DNA of 55,024 bases from an uncultured archaeon (GTDB taxonomy: Archaea; Thermoplasmatota; Penumbrarchaeia; JASLWR01). Of this stretch, positions 9,685 to 20,944 are shown piece by piece. A program made the position numbers and the translations under genes. The DNA lies in NCBI GenBank assembly GCA_964342815.1, contig CAYFHS010000014.1, positions 56,232 to 111,255 on the forward strand. The letters are read 5' to 3'. The notes beneath the pieces are model-generated. The model did no database searches. It was not told the DNA's origin and saw only the letters and a program-made list of their open reading frames with translations. The number at the start of each line of letters is the position of its first letter. Position 1 is the stretch's first letter.

Positions 9685-11181
9685 ATGCCCGAAACCGAAG
9701 TATACATGGAACTTCGAGAAGAACCAACCAAGATATCATCGAAAAAACTATCTGGCAAAACGGTAAAAATACTATCCGTTCTTATAATTACCTTGATCAT
9801 TATCGCCGTTATTGGTTATTACGTGCTGTATCCCGGTAAAGATGAGACGAAGTCTGAGATAGAACTATATTTTTTTGGGATCAACACAAGATGGTCGACC
9901 CATTTCAAAAACTATATCGTCACCTTTGAAAACACCCCGTCAAGGGAGAACGTAGAGATCAGGATATCAGCAGGCAACGAATCGAGAATTATCCGTGGAG
10001 ATGACTTGGCTCAGGTGAACGAACACCAGTTCCTTGTAGAACCTGACTTAATCCATGAGGCAGGGGAAACCGTAACAGTTGAAGTGTATGAGAAAGGGAT
10101 GCTGATCGGGGAAAGAATGATAGTACCAACTATGACGGATTGGATGAAAACTGCGGCAGGGGGTGAGTATGATTACGATTTTTACAATCTTCGCGATAAA
10201 AGAACTTACGATGGTACTGAAAGAGAGATCCAGAAAATGCTTGGGACGTTAAATATCATTAATTCGCAGGGAAATATTATATCTGATTTTACCGGCAAGG
10301 GAACTTCGAGGATAAAACAGAGCACTAGTGATCCCGAGATGGAGTTCAATATTGACTACAGGATTGAGCTGGATCAATTCACATCATCCACAAGTAAAGC
10401 AAACGGAAAGACCTTTGTGGAACATATGACCATGAGCGGAAATGGTGACGGGGATTTCTATATCAACGCCGAAGGTGTCGGAGAACTCACTGCCGATTTG
10501 ACCGTGGAGGAATATTATGTAGAAGCCCTGGAAAATAATCTTACGGATTCTTCCATGATTGCAAACGGGAATTTCCATGGTGACGTAACAGGGACGATTC
10601 AAATCGAGGATTTTACCACAGGAGAGGAGATCCACGATAATTATCTTGGCATCAATTATCCGTGTATAATCAATGAGGGCTCTATGAAAATAAAGATGAA
10701 TCAGGGACCGGTCCCCGTGTTCATCTCTTCCCAGTATCGGATGTGGAACGTAAAAAGCTTTGATTTCCAATACAACACGATATATTATGTGACGAACTCA
10801 ACAGTAAACAGCCAATCAGCGGGGGAGGATAGTGGGTACGTGGAGGACGCCCCGAAACCCGCCAACATTACAATCGATGACGTTACAGAGGTCCAGGGGC
10901 TTATCCCGAAGAATATTGATATTAACGATAGCTTCGTTCTATCTTCCCAATATGGTTATGAAGTAAGATATAGGGCAGTATCACCTGAAAAACCCGTTGA
11001 ACTAATTACAGAGATTTCAGATGAGCGGGTTGCTCTTGAGGGAGAGGTGATAAAAGAAGGTTACGGAGACGATTTAATCCTTTTAAACTACGACGATCTG
11101 GTCGGCTCGATACCAATAGAAAGACACTATTCCTTCGGCTGGGGTGACGAGTTTATTTCGGTAAACATGACAAAAAAATAG
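9685..11181 (+). CDS. N-terminally anchored extracellular protein of unknown function
   Basis: 498 aa, one N-terminal TM then a beta-rich acidic region; GGTGA SD. Confidence 0.7.
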   Translation: MPETEVYMELREEPTKISSKKLSGKTVKILSVLIITLIIIAVIGYYVLYPGKDETKSEIELYFFGINTRWSTHFKNYIVTFENTPSRENVEIRISAGNESRIIRGDDLAQVNEHQFLVEPDLIHEAGETVTVEVYEKGMLIGERMIVPTMTDWMKTAAGGEYDYDFYNLRDKRTYDGTEREIQKMLGTLNIINSQGNIISDFTGKGTSRIKQSTSDPEMEFNIDYRIELDQFTSSTSKANGKTFVEHMTMSGNGDGDFYINAEGVGELTADLTVEEYYVEALENNLTDSSMIANGNFHGDVTGTIQIEDFTTGEEIHDNYLGINYPCIINEGSMKIKMNQGPVPVFISSQYRMWNVKSFDFQYNTIYYVTNSTVNSQSAGEDSGYVEDAPKPANITIDDVTEVQGLIPKNIDINDSFVLSSQYGYEVRYRAVSPEKPVELITEISDERVALEGEVIKEGYGDDLILLNYDDLVGSIPIERHYSFGWGDEFISVNMTKK

Positions 11182-11196
11182 TAATTGTAGTGTCGT

Positions 11197-12129
11197 CTAG
11201 ATCTCAATATCGATCCCCAATTTGTCGGTGAGCTCCTTGTAACGGTTACGGATGGTAACCTCTGTAACTCCCGCCACATCCGCCACCTCTCTCTGTGTTC
11301 TCCTCTCGTTACACTTTATGGAGGATACGTATATGGCCGCTGCCGCCACTCCGGTGGGTCCTCTACCAGAGGTAAGTTCCTCTTTCTCGGCCCTTTTCAG
11401 AATCTCTATGGATTGGGCGTGTACTGCGCCGCTGAGCTTCAGCTCGGAACAAAACCTCGAAACGTAATCCTGAGGTGAAGTCGGGAGCAATCTAAGATTA
11501 AGCTCACGTGTCATGAAGCGGTATGTCCGCCCGATCTCCTTTCTGCCCACCCTTGATGTATTGGCAACTTCGTCCAGTGTGCGAGGCACGTTGGACTGCC
11601 TGCATGCAGCATACAGAGATGCCGCTACAACTCCTTCAATAGACCTGCCGCGGATTAGATTTTTGTTAACGGCTCTCCGATAGATCATTGCAGCGGTCTC
11701 CCGGACAGTTCGGGGCAGGTTCATACCGGAAGCCATACGATCCAACTCCGAGAGTGCAAAGGCGAGGTTGCGCTCCGTGGCGTTGGACACCCGAATCCTT
11801 CTCTGCCATTTTCTCAATCGATAGAGCTGTGCACGGTTCTTGGTGGGTATGGATTTTCCATAGGAATCCCTGTTCTTCCAGCCGATCTGTGTTGATAATC
11901 CCTTATCGTGTTTGGTGTATGTCATGGGGGCCCCGGTACGCGCTCTCTTTTCACCCTGTTCCGGGTCGAAAGCCCGCCATTCTGGCCCTTGATCAATAAA
12001 TGTGCTGTCCAGCACGAGACCGCAATCTTCGCAAATTAGTTCACCCCTCTCGTAATCCCTTGCAAGATGTTTGCTGTTACATTCGGGACAACTTGTAATC
12101 TCTTCCACGTTCTGAGTTCTTCTTACCAT
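11197..12129 (-). CDS. tfb: transcription initiation factor IIB
   Basis: CPEC..CEDC Zn ribbon, GPEWRAFD B-reader, two cyclin repeats, [23 protein letters not shown]. Confidence 0.97.
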   Translation of the reverse strand: MVRRTQNVEEITSCPECNSKHLARDYERGELICEDCGLVLDSTFIDQGPEWRAFDPEQGEKRARTGAPMTYTKHDKGLSTQIGWKNRDSYGKSIPTKNRAQLYRLRKWQRRIRVSNATERNLAFALSELDRMASGMNLPRTVRETAAMIYRRAVNKNLIRGRSIEGVVAASLYAACRQSNVPRTLDEVANTSRVGRKEIGRTYRFMTRELNLRLLPTSPQDYVSRFCSELKLSGAVHAQSIEILKRAEKEELTSGRGPTGVAAAAIYVSSIKCNERRTQREVADVAGVTEVTIRNRYKELTDKLGIDIEI

Positions 12130-12164
12130 AATAATCATCTCTCATCTGCTTTGGTTCCAGGGAT

Positions 12165-12407
12165 TTATTTTATGTATAGGTCTCGACCCACCAGGCTGAC
12201 GAGCCTTTCTTTATTCCCCGTAGGCTTCGCTTTCATATAGGGGGAATGCGTGGGACCGAATATCTTAATCACCCTGGCGATTTTTCGATTTCTCCTGTCA
12301 AATACACCCATCATCCGTTTTGGTGGACCAATATCATTTGAACATCTTAGGATCAGATAACCGTCCGTGGAGATATTCATCACTTTTACCGTTTTGGGAA
12401 TGGGCAT
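12165..12407 (-). CDS. gar1: H/ACA RNP subunit Gar1/Naf1
   Basis: VFDRRNRKIARVIKIFGPTHSPY motif; conserved adjacency upstream of tfb. Confidence 0.85.
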   Translation of the reverse strand: MPIPKTVKVMNISTDGYLILRCSNDIGPPKRMMGVFDRRNRKIARVIKIFGPTHSPYMKAKPTGNKERLVSLVGRDLYIK

Positions 12408-12666
12408 CACACCTGATATAACATTCATTCATTAGTATATTAATCGAATTGAACGCATCATGCACGGCATTCAAAGCACATATATGGAGGCAATTCTATA
12501 TAAGATTTCCCCACAGATTTAAATAATTTATTCTTTTATCATAAATAGTTTTTGTTAAATGAAGTGAACAAATTTTCTGTTAATCCACAAATGATCATCA
12601 ATCAAATTGTATTAAATTCGGCTTTTCATCGAATGTTAATGTTTTTTCAAAGAATTTTTTTTAAGG

Positions 12667-14826
12667 GTGAAATATTTATACATTCCTCGACCTAATAATA
12701 ATCCATTAGAAAAAGGTGATAAAATCATACACTTAAACCAATTTACCGTAAAATCCATCCTATACTTCACGGCTTTGGGATTGATATTTTCACTTATATT
12801 TACCTTGGTGGCCGATCCAATAATGGAAACTAGAAAAACGGAGATAAAAAATTATACAAACGCGTTTCCAATTGAGGAACTGGAAACGGAAACGAGAATA
12901 ATTATAACAGCAGAGACCTACCTTGAATTATATTCTCCTCCCAGAGCATATCACGAAGACCCCTATTATGTTTACGGAACGTTATACGAAAAAGGAGAGA
13001 CACTGGATATCGGGGCTCGGTATTGTCCACTTCACATATACTGGGATGATGAGCCGGTGGGTGAAGAATTTTTCATCAGTACATCCGGGGAGACAGGAAA
13101 TGAAGGATATTTCAGGGTACCCATTCCCGTCAACCAGACAGAGGGAACATACCCCATGTTCATCGAATTCCGCGGTCAGGTGATAATAAACAATACGAAT
13201 GTTTATGAATATGATCCGACGAATGAAACGCTCGACCCGGAAAAGAATCCTGATTCAACAATGTTCAGATATCCGAGTAATTTCACAGTGGACGTGGAAG
13301 TTTTTTATCATTCTTTTATAGACGCTTCCATATCTACAAGCTGGATTACGGCGGGAGAATCATTCTGGATCAATGGTTCTCTCAACGTCTATGAGACCGG
13401 AGAACCCATCTTCAATGCCCGAATGAACATTACGATGGATTCAAAAAAAATAGGAGAAATCAGATCATCACCGTCGGGTGAGTTCAATGAAAAATTGCGA
13501 TTAATGAACTCTACAGCCCCTGGCCCCCATAAGCTCAGGGTAGATTTCTGGCAGTTTCATTTCCAGGAAAATGCCCTCTATGGGAGTAGTTATACGACAT
13601 TCGATGTTCATTTCGTACAATTGGTGGTGATGGACTTTTCCGTAACATCTCTCACCAGCGGTGAGAAAATCTATATAAACGGGACTCTCAGCGATCTTAG
13701 AGGTGAATCTCTCCAGGACCCCATCGAACCGGATAAAATATATTATCTGGAGGGAGAAATTGTAAACTGTACCGAAGGGGATTCATACGGCCTCGATAGC
13801 ATTGAAGTGCTTAATGGAACATCTTATAATATCACTTCGGTCCTTCCAAAGAATTTCCGGGCTGGCCTTGCTAAAGTTATTCTCGCCTTTAACAAAGATA
13901 ACCTGTACGGTGATAGCGAATCAACGAAAGAAGTAATGATTAGTACGATTCCTTCAATAGAAATAGATTCTTTTTCATTCAACAAGCCGATAGAGAACGT
14001 TTCAGGTAGAGTGACAGACAGCGGTGGCCGGGGATTATCAATTCCCTTAAAAGCGTATATTAACGGGACTGAAGCGGGATTTGGCTCATCAGACGAAAAC
14101 GGAGATTTCAGGTTTGCGATATCCTTAACGGACGAAATTGGAATTGGATCTGTAAAAGTGCAAGTTGAGGCCATCTCAACATACAGGTCCCAGACTTCCC
14201 ATGAAGAAATTGAGATCGAAGTATATTCCTCGGCCGTGTTACGCTGCGAACTTATGATCGATAAGAATAATATAAAAATAGATTACGCTAGACCGGGAGA
14301 TGGAAAAGGATTGTTGAACATTACGTATATTGTCAGTAATGAAGGGAATGTGGTTTCTGAGCCGTGCCAGGTTTTCCTGCGTTCCTTACCTGAGCTTGAA
14401 AAATCCGTATTTCTCGATTCGATCCTTCCCGGTGATACGGTTGAAAAATATTTTCAATGGGCTGTAAAAGACAATATTACCATGGATTTCGTTGTTGACC
14501 CGGAGGGAATAGTATCGGAAATAGATGAAGGCAACAATATCATTTCGATTCGATTGGAACAGGACCTCTATGATCTTGACGGAGACGGTGATTACAATTA
14601 TGTCGACGAAGATACGGACGGAGACGAATTCCTAAATGATAAAGAGATCGAAGCCGGAAGCGATCCGTACGATAAAGATTCGATACCAGCTGAAGTGCCT
14701 GATGGAAATACGGATAAGAATGAAGGTGAGAAAAGTCCGTGGTGGATCTACATTATTGGAATATTTGTGGTGATCGGAGTTATAGCCATAATAACGATGA
14801 TTCTTAAAAGGAGCCATCAGAAATAG
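12667..14826 (+). CDS. surface protein with Ig-like repeats, CARDB domain, Ca-binding DxDGDG repeat and C-terminal TM
   Basis: VDPEGIVSEIDEGNN CARDB motif; DLDGDGD..DTDGD..E..GSDP; C-terminal TM plus KR. Confidence 0.8.
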   Translation: MKYLYIPRPNNNPLEKGDKIIHLNQFTVKSILYFTALGLIFSLIFTLVADPIMETRKTEIKNYTNAFPIEELETETRIIITAETYLELYSPPRAYHEDPYYVYGTLYEKGETLDIGARYCPLHIYWDDEPVGEEFFISTSGETGNEGYFRVPIPVNQTEGTYPMFIEFRGQVIINNTNVYEYDPTNETLDPEKNPDSTMFRYPSNFTVDVEVFYHSFIDASISTSWITAGESFWINGSLNVYETGEPIFNARMNITMDSKKIGEIRSSPSGEFNEKLRLMNSTAPGPHKLRVDFWQFHFQENALYGSSYTTFDVHFVQLVVMDFSVTSLTSGEKIYINGTLSDLRGESLQDPIEPDKIYYLEGEIVNCTEGDSYGLDSIEVLNGTSYNITSVLPKNFRAGLAKVILAFNKDNLYGDSESTKEVMISTIPSIEIDSFSFNKPIENVSGRVTDSGGRGLSIPLKAYINGTEAGFGSSDENGDFRFAISLTDEIGIGSVKVQVEAISTYRSQTSHEEIEIEVYSSAVLRCELMIDKNNIKIDYARPGDGKGLLNITYIVSNEGNVVSEPCQVFLRSLPELEKSVFLDSILPGDTVEKYFQWAVKDNITMDFVVDPEGIVSEIDEGNNIISIRLEQDLYDLDGDGDYNYVDEDTDGDEFLNDKEIEAGSDPYDKDSIPAEVPDGNTDKNEGEKSPWWIYIIGIFVVIGVIAIITMILKRSHQK

Positions 14827-14993
14827 GAGGATTTATTGATCTTACTTTCAGTCAAATTCAAGTCCTGAAAAGATATATAATATAAATGCCAGTATATCGG
14901 ATCAAATATGTTCCTATATAAGCTTTACTTTCACCCGCCCCCCTTAAAAAACCTTTTATAAGAACTCTGGAATATATGGTTCAGGTGAAATAA

Positions 14994-16007
14994 ATGCCTA
15001 GAAAAAAGAAGAATATAGAAAAAGATGAAGAAATTATTGACGATAATATTGGTAACGAGGTTGGAGAGGGTGTGGATGACCTTAGCCTGCTTCCTGGTGT
15101 TGGACCAGCCACTGCCGAGAAATTAAGAGAAAGCGGTTTTACAGATTTAATGGCCATCGCTGTTACGTCTCCATCGAATCTCTCGGAGATGTGTTCAATT
15201 GGAGAGGGGACTGCGGCGAAGATCATAAGTTCGGCGCGGAAGTTGGCCGATGTAGGAAATTTCCTTACCGGCGTAGAAGTTATAGAACGGAGAAAAAGCG
15301 TGGAAAAATTGACAACGTCATCAAAAGCCTTAGACGAGCTTCTGGGTGGTGGTGTCGAGACCCAGGCAATTACCGAGGTTTACGGGGAGTTCGGCTGCGG
15401 TAAAACTCAGATCGCCCATCAATTAGCCGTGAATTGTACCACGGCCAAGGAAAAAAGCGGATTCGACAGTCACGTGGTGATCATTGATACCGAAAATACC
15501 TTCAGACCTGAGAGAATATCACAGATGGCCGAGGGCCATGGGATCGAACCCATAGAGGTCATGAAAAGAATTCATGTTGGTAGAGCCTACAATTCACACC
15601 ACCAGATGCTGCTTGTTGACAAGGCTGGAGAACTAGCAAGGGAATTCCCGGTAAAACTTCTGATTGTGGATTCTCTCACCGCTCATTTCAGATCAGAGTA
15701 TATGGGAAGAGGCGCATTGGCAGAGAGGCAGCAAAAACTCAACAAGCACATTCACGAACTGCAGAAGTTCTCAGACAAGTTCAACTGTGCGGTCCTTGTA
15801 ACCAACCAAGTGATGTCCAGACCCGATGTTTTCTTCGGAGATCCGACAAAACCAATCGGGGGTCACATATTAGGTCATGCGTCCACATTCAGGATATATT
15901 TGAGAAAATCAAAAGGTGATAAAAGGATCGCAAGACTAGTTGATTCCCCCTGCCTACCTGAAGCCGAAGCGGTCATGACCATTGTCACCGATGGCATTCG
16001 GGATTGA
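14994..16007 (+). CDS. radA: DNA repair and recombination protein RadA
   Basis: Hh[13 protein letters not shown], Walker [33 protein letters not shown]. Confidence 0.97.
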   Translation: MPRKKKNIEKDEEIIDDNIGNEVGEGVDDLSLLPGVGPATAEKLRESGFTDLMAIAVTSPSNLSEMCSIGEGTAAKIISSARKLADVGNFLTGVEVIERRKSVEKLTTSSKALDELLGGGVETQAITEVYGEFGCGKTQIAHQLAVNCTTAKEKSGFDSHVVIIDTENTFRPERISQMAEGHGIEPIEVMKRIHVGRAYNSHHQMLLVDKAGELAREFPVKLLIVDSLTAHFRSEYMGRGALAERQQKLNKHIHELQKFSDKFNCAVLVTNQVMSRPDVFFGDPTKPIGGHILGHASTFRIYLRKSKGDKRIARLVDSPCLPEAEAVMTIVTDGIRD

Positions 16008-16013
16008 TTTTAA

Positions 16014-17321
16014 TCAAGCTTTCTTTTTCAGGCTTATAAAATGTCTGATAAGTGACCGGTGGACCCTGTGACTGACTGCATTTTCCAGAAATAATCCTTC
16101 GGATAGATTGGATAGATATGTCATGGAAGGCAGTATCATTGCACATCGTCCGCCGTTTTTCAATATTTTTTCCGCGGAGACGAACATTCTACTGTAAAGG
16201 TTTTCCATTTTCTCACCACCGGTTGATGTGGATCTTCCATAGGGAGGGTCGGTGATGACGGCATCCATTACCGGAAAAATATCAACTGCTTTCTCAATAT
16301 CACACGCCTCAATATGTTGATAACCGAGATTGAAGAAAGCAAAATTCTCTTTCGTTCCCTCAACCATCCTAATGTCAATATCGGATCCGTAGATCCGGGC
16401 GCCGATCATGGCAGATTCCAAAAGGATCCCTCCCGTACCGCAAAAAGGATCGAGTATGCATTGATTTTTTTCCACTCTAGCCATATTCATCAACACTCTC
16501 GATAGATTGGGGGAGAGTGTGATGGGCAGCGAAAAGGGGCGGAATTGATTTCTTCTTTTCCTCATACTTTCGCGGTCCGCCAAGGCGATCTGTTCCCCGA
16601 TAAAGATATTTCTGGAAATGATGACTGTGACAACTTTCTGCGGTAAATCGAGATCCAGCTTGCCCCCACCATCAGTGATCAATTTACCGATTGCCTTTTT
16701 TATCGTAGTTCCCGAGACCTTTTGGAAGGCACCCTGTACCCTTATTGATTTGAGACCCAAGCTGCTTTTTGATGCCAGCCATTCACAAAAGAATCTGGAA
16801 TTTGTAGATAGAATTTCCAAAATATCATCAAAATGAACATCATCCCGTTCTTCTATAATTCGTTCAATTTTCTTTGTTAGCAGCTGAGACGGAAAAAGTT
16901 CTCGATATATCCCAATAACATGGCCCGTCCTTTCAGCGATCTCCTCCCAATGGTTCTCCGACGCGTTGCTCCTGACAAGAACTACCTGTGGTGAGATATC
17001 CACGATCTCAGAATTCATTCCGGTAGAGGCCATAGCTCCTTCAAGTTCCGTTAGGGCCAGGCTAAGACTTTCCCCGGAAGTGAGTATGAAGATCAGTCCC
17101 GAGCCCCCTAATGAGTTAAAAGAATTCAATTGAAAAACACCTGCAAACATTTTCATAGTGGGAAGAACTACGAATATTGTTTTCATAAAAATTGTTTTCG
17201 GTGTCGTGTCCTTAGCATTTAGTCCGCTGTCTTGAAATTTCCAAACATATCCAAAATTAATTATCCAATAATGCAATAAAGAGACATAAATTAGCTTTTT
17301 GCCCGATTGATATGGCAACAA
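16014..17321 (-). CDS. tRNA (guanine-10-N2)-methyltransferase Trm11/TrmG10 (THUMP + MTase); true start probably about 200 nt inside the ORF
   Basis: RPFSLPITLSP, LDPFCGTGGILLE, DPPYGRS, VHRSLIRH motifs. Confidence 0.85.
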   Translation of the reverse strand: MLPYQSGKKLIYVSLLHYWIINFGYVWKFQDSGLNAKDTTPKTIFMKTIFVVLPTMKMFAGVFQLNSFNSLGGSGLIFILTSGESLSLALTELEGAMASTGMNSEIVDISPQVVLVRSNASENHWEEIAERTGHVIGIYRELFPSQLLTKKIERIIEERDDVHFDDILEILSTNSRFFCEWLASKSSLGLKSIRVQGAFQKVSGTTIKKAIGKLITDGGGKLDLDLPQKVVTVIISRNIFIGEQIALADRESMRKRRNQFRPFSLPITLSPNLSRVLMNMARVEKNQCILDPFCGTGGILLESAMIGARIYGSDIDIRMVEGTKENFAFFNLGYQHIEACDIEKAVDIFPVMDAVITDPPYGRSTSTGGEKMENLYSRMFVSAEKILKNGGRCAMILPSMTYLSNLSEGLFLENAVSHRVHRSLIRHFISLKKKA

Positions 17322-20291
17322 GGTATTAGCAAACAGGAGGGAATTGTAATCAGACAGAAAATATTGATATTCGTGATATTATTTTGCCTGATCATATCAC
17401 CCCTCCGGGTAGGAACATATAAGCATGCGGAAATTGATTTAACTTATTACGATGTAGCTGAGCCTGGGCACAACGAAGAAAATTTTTTTAATACCACAAT
17501 CCGCTCTGATGCATGTTCTGAATGGGCCGGAAAACCCATAAGCATAGATGGATTACCTGACGAATGGATCCGGGATTATTTCCCAACTCCCGTGGGTGCC
17601 GCCGGAGAGAACGTCGATCTTTACATGGCAAACAATGATACTTTCCTGTATATCTGTGTGGATGTGTTATCCGACAACACGAATGAAGAGAGCGCTGACG
17701 ATGCGATTCTGTTATTGTTTGACGGAGATAACAGCAATAACGTGAGCAACAGAACCTCGGTACCCTATTCGGATGATGATCTCGTTGGAAATAATGACAA
17801 CTGGGTAAGTATATGTGGGGATCCTTCCTCGAAAAGCACCCCTGGTGCAACCGCTCTGAACTGCCATAATGATGCAGGTTATATTCTGAAATATCCGGAT
17901 AACGATACTCTCTTGCTGGTTCACGACGACAATAAATGGATAAATGAGTGGAAATACAAATGGAATGTCAGTCTGAATGGTTCGCCCGCACGTATGGTTT
18001 ATGAGTTACGTATACCACTTGATAAATGGGGTTGGTCACCTGGCTATACCATAGGTGGAACTCTGGCAGTCTTCAAGGATGGCAATAATTCACCTATTGG
18101 CATCTGGCCCTCAAATCTTCAAACCGGGGATGCCAAAGATCCCAGCCTATGGCTTGATTTCACTCTTGGAACTCCAAATGAGAAACCCACTATAAAAAGA
18201 GCGTCAGCCACACCTTCCATAGTTGAGAATGATGGCGAGACTGAAGTTTTGTTCACTGTGGATGCTGAAGATGCCGATGGCCCGCTGTCGATAGTTACCA
18301 TTAACTTAACAGATATCCGGCAAAACGGGAATGCTGAGATGTTGGATGATGGAACCGGGGGAGACGAGATCAGTGGTGATGGTACATATTCGTACAGCAC
18401 CACCATATCATCCTCGATTTCACCGGGAAAATACGATTTGCCTATCACCGTAACCGATGATCACAGCCCCAATGCAGGATTGGCGACGAAAAAAATAGAG
18501 CTGGAGGTCGCTCAGGCTAACAGAGAGCCGCATTTCGTTCAGGTGAACGGGACCGACATCACAGGATTGAACAGGATCGAGCTGACCGCCTATGAAGACG
18601 TTGATAATACATTCGATTTCACAGCTGAAGATGACGATGATGATCTTCTAATTTATTCCATCAATGTCGGCGAGGTCTTTTTCGATCTCGTAAAAGGAGT
18701 AGATTACCGTTTCGACCTGGCAACCGGGAAGCTCGAAATCAAACCGAAACAAGAAAATGTCGGTTCACACGGACTAAAATTGGACGTAAGTGATGGAAGA
18801 GGCGGAAGCGATAATATCGAAATCACACTATATATCGAAAACACGAATGACAAACCGCAGTTAAACGATATAAAAACTCAAGTTGTTTTCCAGGACTCGT
18901 GGTTGAATCTCACTCCAACGGTAGTTGACGAGGACGATGATATGTTCACATTTTCAACTAATTTCACAGAATTATTCGAAGGGAATCTCTCTAAGGATCA
19001 TTTCAAATTTCAGAACGGTACGGGCGATTTCCGGTTCAAACCCGACAAAAAGATGGTAAAGAAATTTCACACGTATATAAGAGTTGAAGACTCTGCTGGG
19101 ACATTCACCAGAGAAGATTTTATAATTGATGTGATAAACGTCAACGATCCGCCCGAATCTGCTTCATTCAATTATTCAATTGAACAATACGATCCCATGG
19201 TCTCTTTTTCGGCAAATGAAGGGACCGATCCCGATAACGATCCCATCACTTATACCTGGAACTTCGGGGATGATACGAAAAATCAATCCGGAGAGAGGCT
19301 GCTGGAGGTGGAACACAGCTACCAATCCGAGGGTACATTTACCGTTAATTTGACATTGAGCGACAATCAGGGATTCAGCATCCAATGTTCAAGAGAAATT
19401 TCTGTAACCCTCCCACAATTAAGAGGAAAAATAACAGAAATGAATGTTGGGGGAATTCCTGGATGTGACATAGGAATAAATCGGATCGATAAAGCACGGA
19501 AAGTAATTAACCTAACCACGGGAGCAAATGGGGAATTCAGCACTCCCCTAGTACCGGGGACATACAATATCACTATAAGAAAGGAGGGATTCGTAACTGA
19601 AAAAACTCAAATTACAATGACCACCAGTGTGATTTGGTGGAATAAAACCATTACCAAAATCCAGTCCGATGATGTTGAGCCGGTAACGAAAACCGAGTCA
19701 GACGAAAGCGGCGGATGGGTATATTGTATCCTTGGTGTTGGAGCTTTATTGTTCGTAGGTGCGGTGGCGATTATGATGATGATGAGGCGGAAGAAGAAAA
19801 TGGAAACTCCGCACCCTGAGCCTGAATTAACATATGGTATAAGCCAGCAGAACCAGAGAATCTTCCAGGCTGCACCGGCTCGCACATTTGCAACTCCTCA
19901 ATATTCACCACCATCCTCAAACATTACTCATACAGCTCCCGACATTGACCAGACGCCGGTAAGAACGGAAAATACTTCCGTACCGGAAATACCAGTGAAA
20001 AAACAGCATAAGAAACCAACCATCGTTTCTGAGATATGGCCGGAGAAAAGGGAGAAAGAGAAAAAAATCGACGTGATCAAGGTTATCAAGAAAAAAAAGG
20101 ATGAAGATATCCAGGAAATTTTTGGCGGTTCAAGAGAACTAGCACTAGTTCCTATCGAAGAGGAAATAACACCGGAGACGACTCAGAAAATGAGCGAGTC
20201 CGAGCTTTCTCATAGCAACAGCCCGGAAATCGCGGATTCACTCAAGAACATGGCAGAGATATTAAAATCGTTCTCAAAAAAGAACGACTGA
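17307..20291 (+). CDS. multidomain surface protein (DOMON/CBM9-like, DDG..GD..GDG repeat, cadherin-like repeats, PKD, TM, cytoplasmic tail)
   Basis: YELRIPL; MLDDGTGGDEISGDGTYS; NVNDPP; YTWNFGD PKD motif; TM near residue 810; start codon uncertain. Confidence 0.8.
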   Translation: MIWQQGISKQEGIVIRQKILIFVILFCLIISPLRVGTYKHAEIDLTYYDVAEPGHNEENFFNTTIRSDACSEWAGKPISIDGLPDEWIRDYFPTPVGAAGENVDLYMANNDTFLYICVDVLSDNTNEESADDAILLLFDGDNSNNVSNRTSVPYSDDDLVGNNDNWVSICGDPSSKSTPGATALNCHNDAGYILKYPDNDTLLLVHDDNKWINEWKYKWNVSLNGSPARMVYELRIPLDKWGWSPGYTIGGTLAVFKDGNNSPIGIWPSNLQTGDAKDPSLWLDFTLGTPNEKPTIKRASATPSIVENDGETEVLFTVDAEDADGPLSIVTINLTDIRQNGNAEMLDDGTGGDEISGDGTYSYSTTISSSISPGKYDLPITVTDDHSPNAGLATKKIELEVAQANREPHFVQVNGTDITGLNRIELTAYEDVDNTFDFTAEDDDDDLLIYSINVGEVFFDLVKGVDYRFDLATGKLEIKPKQENVGSHGLKLDVSDGRGGSDNIEITLYIENTNDKPQLNDIKTQVVFQDSWLNLTPTVVDEDDDMFTFSTNFTELFEGNLSKDHFKFQNGTGDFRFKPDKKMVKKFHTYIRVEDSAGTFTREDFIIDVINVNDPPESASFNYSIEQYDPMVSFSANEGTDPDNDPITYTWNFGDDTKNQSGERLLEVEHSYQSEGTFTVNLTLSDNQGFSIQCSREISVTLPQLRGKITEMNVGGIPGCDIGINRIDKARKVINLTTGANGEFSTPLVPGTYNITIRKEGFVTEKTQITMTTSVIWWNKTITKIQSDDVEPVTKTESDESGGWVYCILGVGALLFVGAVAIMMMMRRKKKMETPHPEPELTYGISQQNQRIFQAAPARTFATPQYSPPSSNITHTAPDIDQTPVRTENTSVPEIPVKKQHKKPTIVSEIWPEKREKEKKIDVIKVIKKKKDEDIQEIFGGSRELALVPIEEEITPETTQKMSESELSHSNSPEIADSLKNMAEILKSFSKKND

Positions 20292-20435
20292 ATTATATTT
20301 ATCACACTTTGCGTGAGCTTAGATGTTTTCTTATCATACAATGTAGATTTGATGTCCGCAAAGAATGCGATAAATGTTCCCCGCTGTTATCTATTACATT
20401 TGTCAAGAATATTTGCCAAGATAAGTTTCCGGGAC

Positions 20436-20855
20436 TGCTTTACGTGTAAAGCCGACCTATTCTGGCTCAACTTTACCAAGAAGACGGTCACTTTGTTCCT
20501 GTCTTTACGTGTAAAGCCGACCCATTCTGGCACCCGACATAGAATCGAGGATTCTATTAGGGTTAATAGAAACTTGTTTCTATGTCACCCGTAGGCATAC
20601 TTGCCGAGGGTGCAGCAATAGCATGGGTATTGCACATGACTATCGGGCAACCACCCGATAGTCGCAGCAACACTTTAGAGTGTTGCGGAGCAAAGCGGGC
20701 ACAACTTTACCAAGAAGACGGTCACTTTGTTCCCGTCTTTACTTGAAAAGACGGAGACTACTAGCCCATCTTGGCATGGCTTGCCCGGTAACGTCCGGAC
20801 AAGTGAGACGTGTCGGTAAACGCGTCAACAGTGACGTGCCATTATGGTACGTCTT
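20436..20855 (+). ncRNA. candidate structured RNA / hairpin-array element (R2) with internal duplications
   Basis: More than 12 short hairpins; duplications 20438-20466/20503-20531 and 20468-20508/20702-20742; covarying homology with R1. Confidence 0.5.
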
Positions 20856-20944
20856 AACCCATCACGGTATACAGGATTTCTACAAGGAATCGAGACTATT
20901 GAATGAGAAAATTTTAATATCGAACAGCCGGTTATGTTTAAAAT

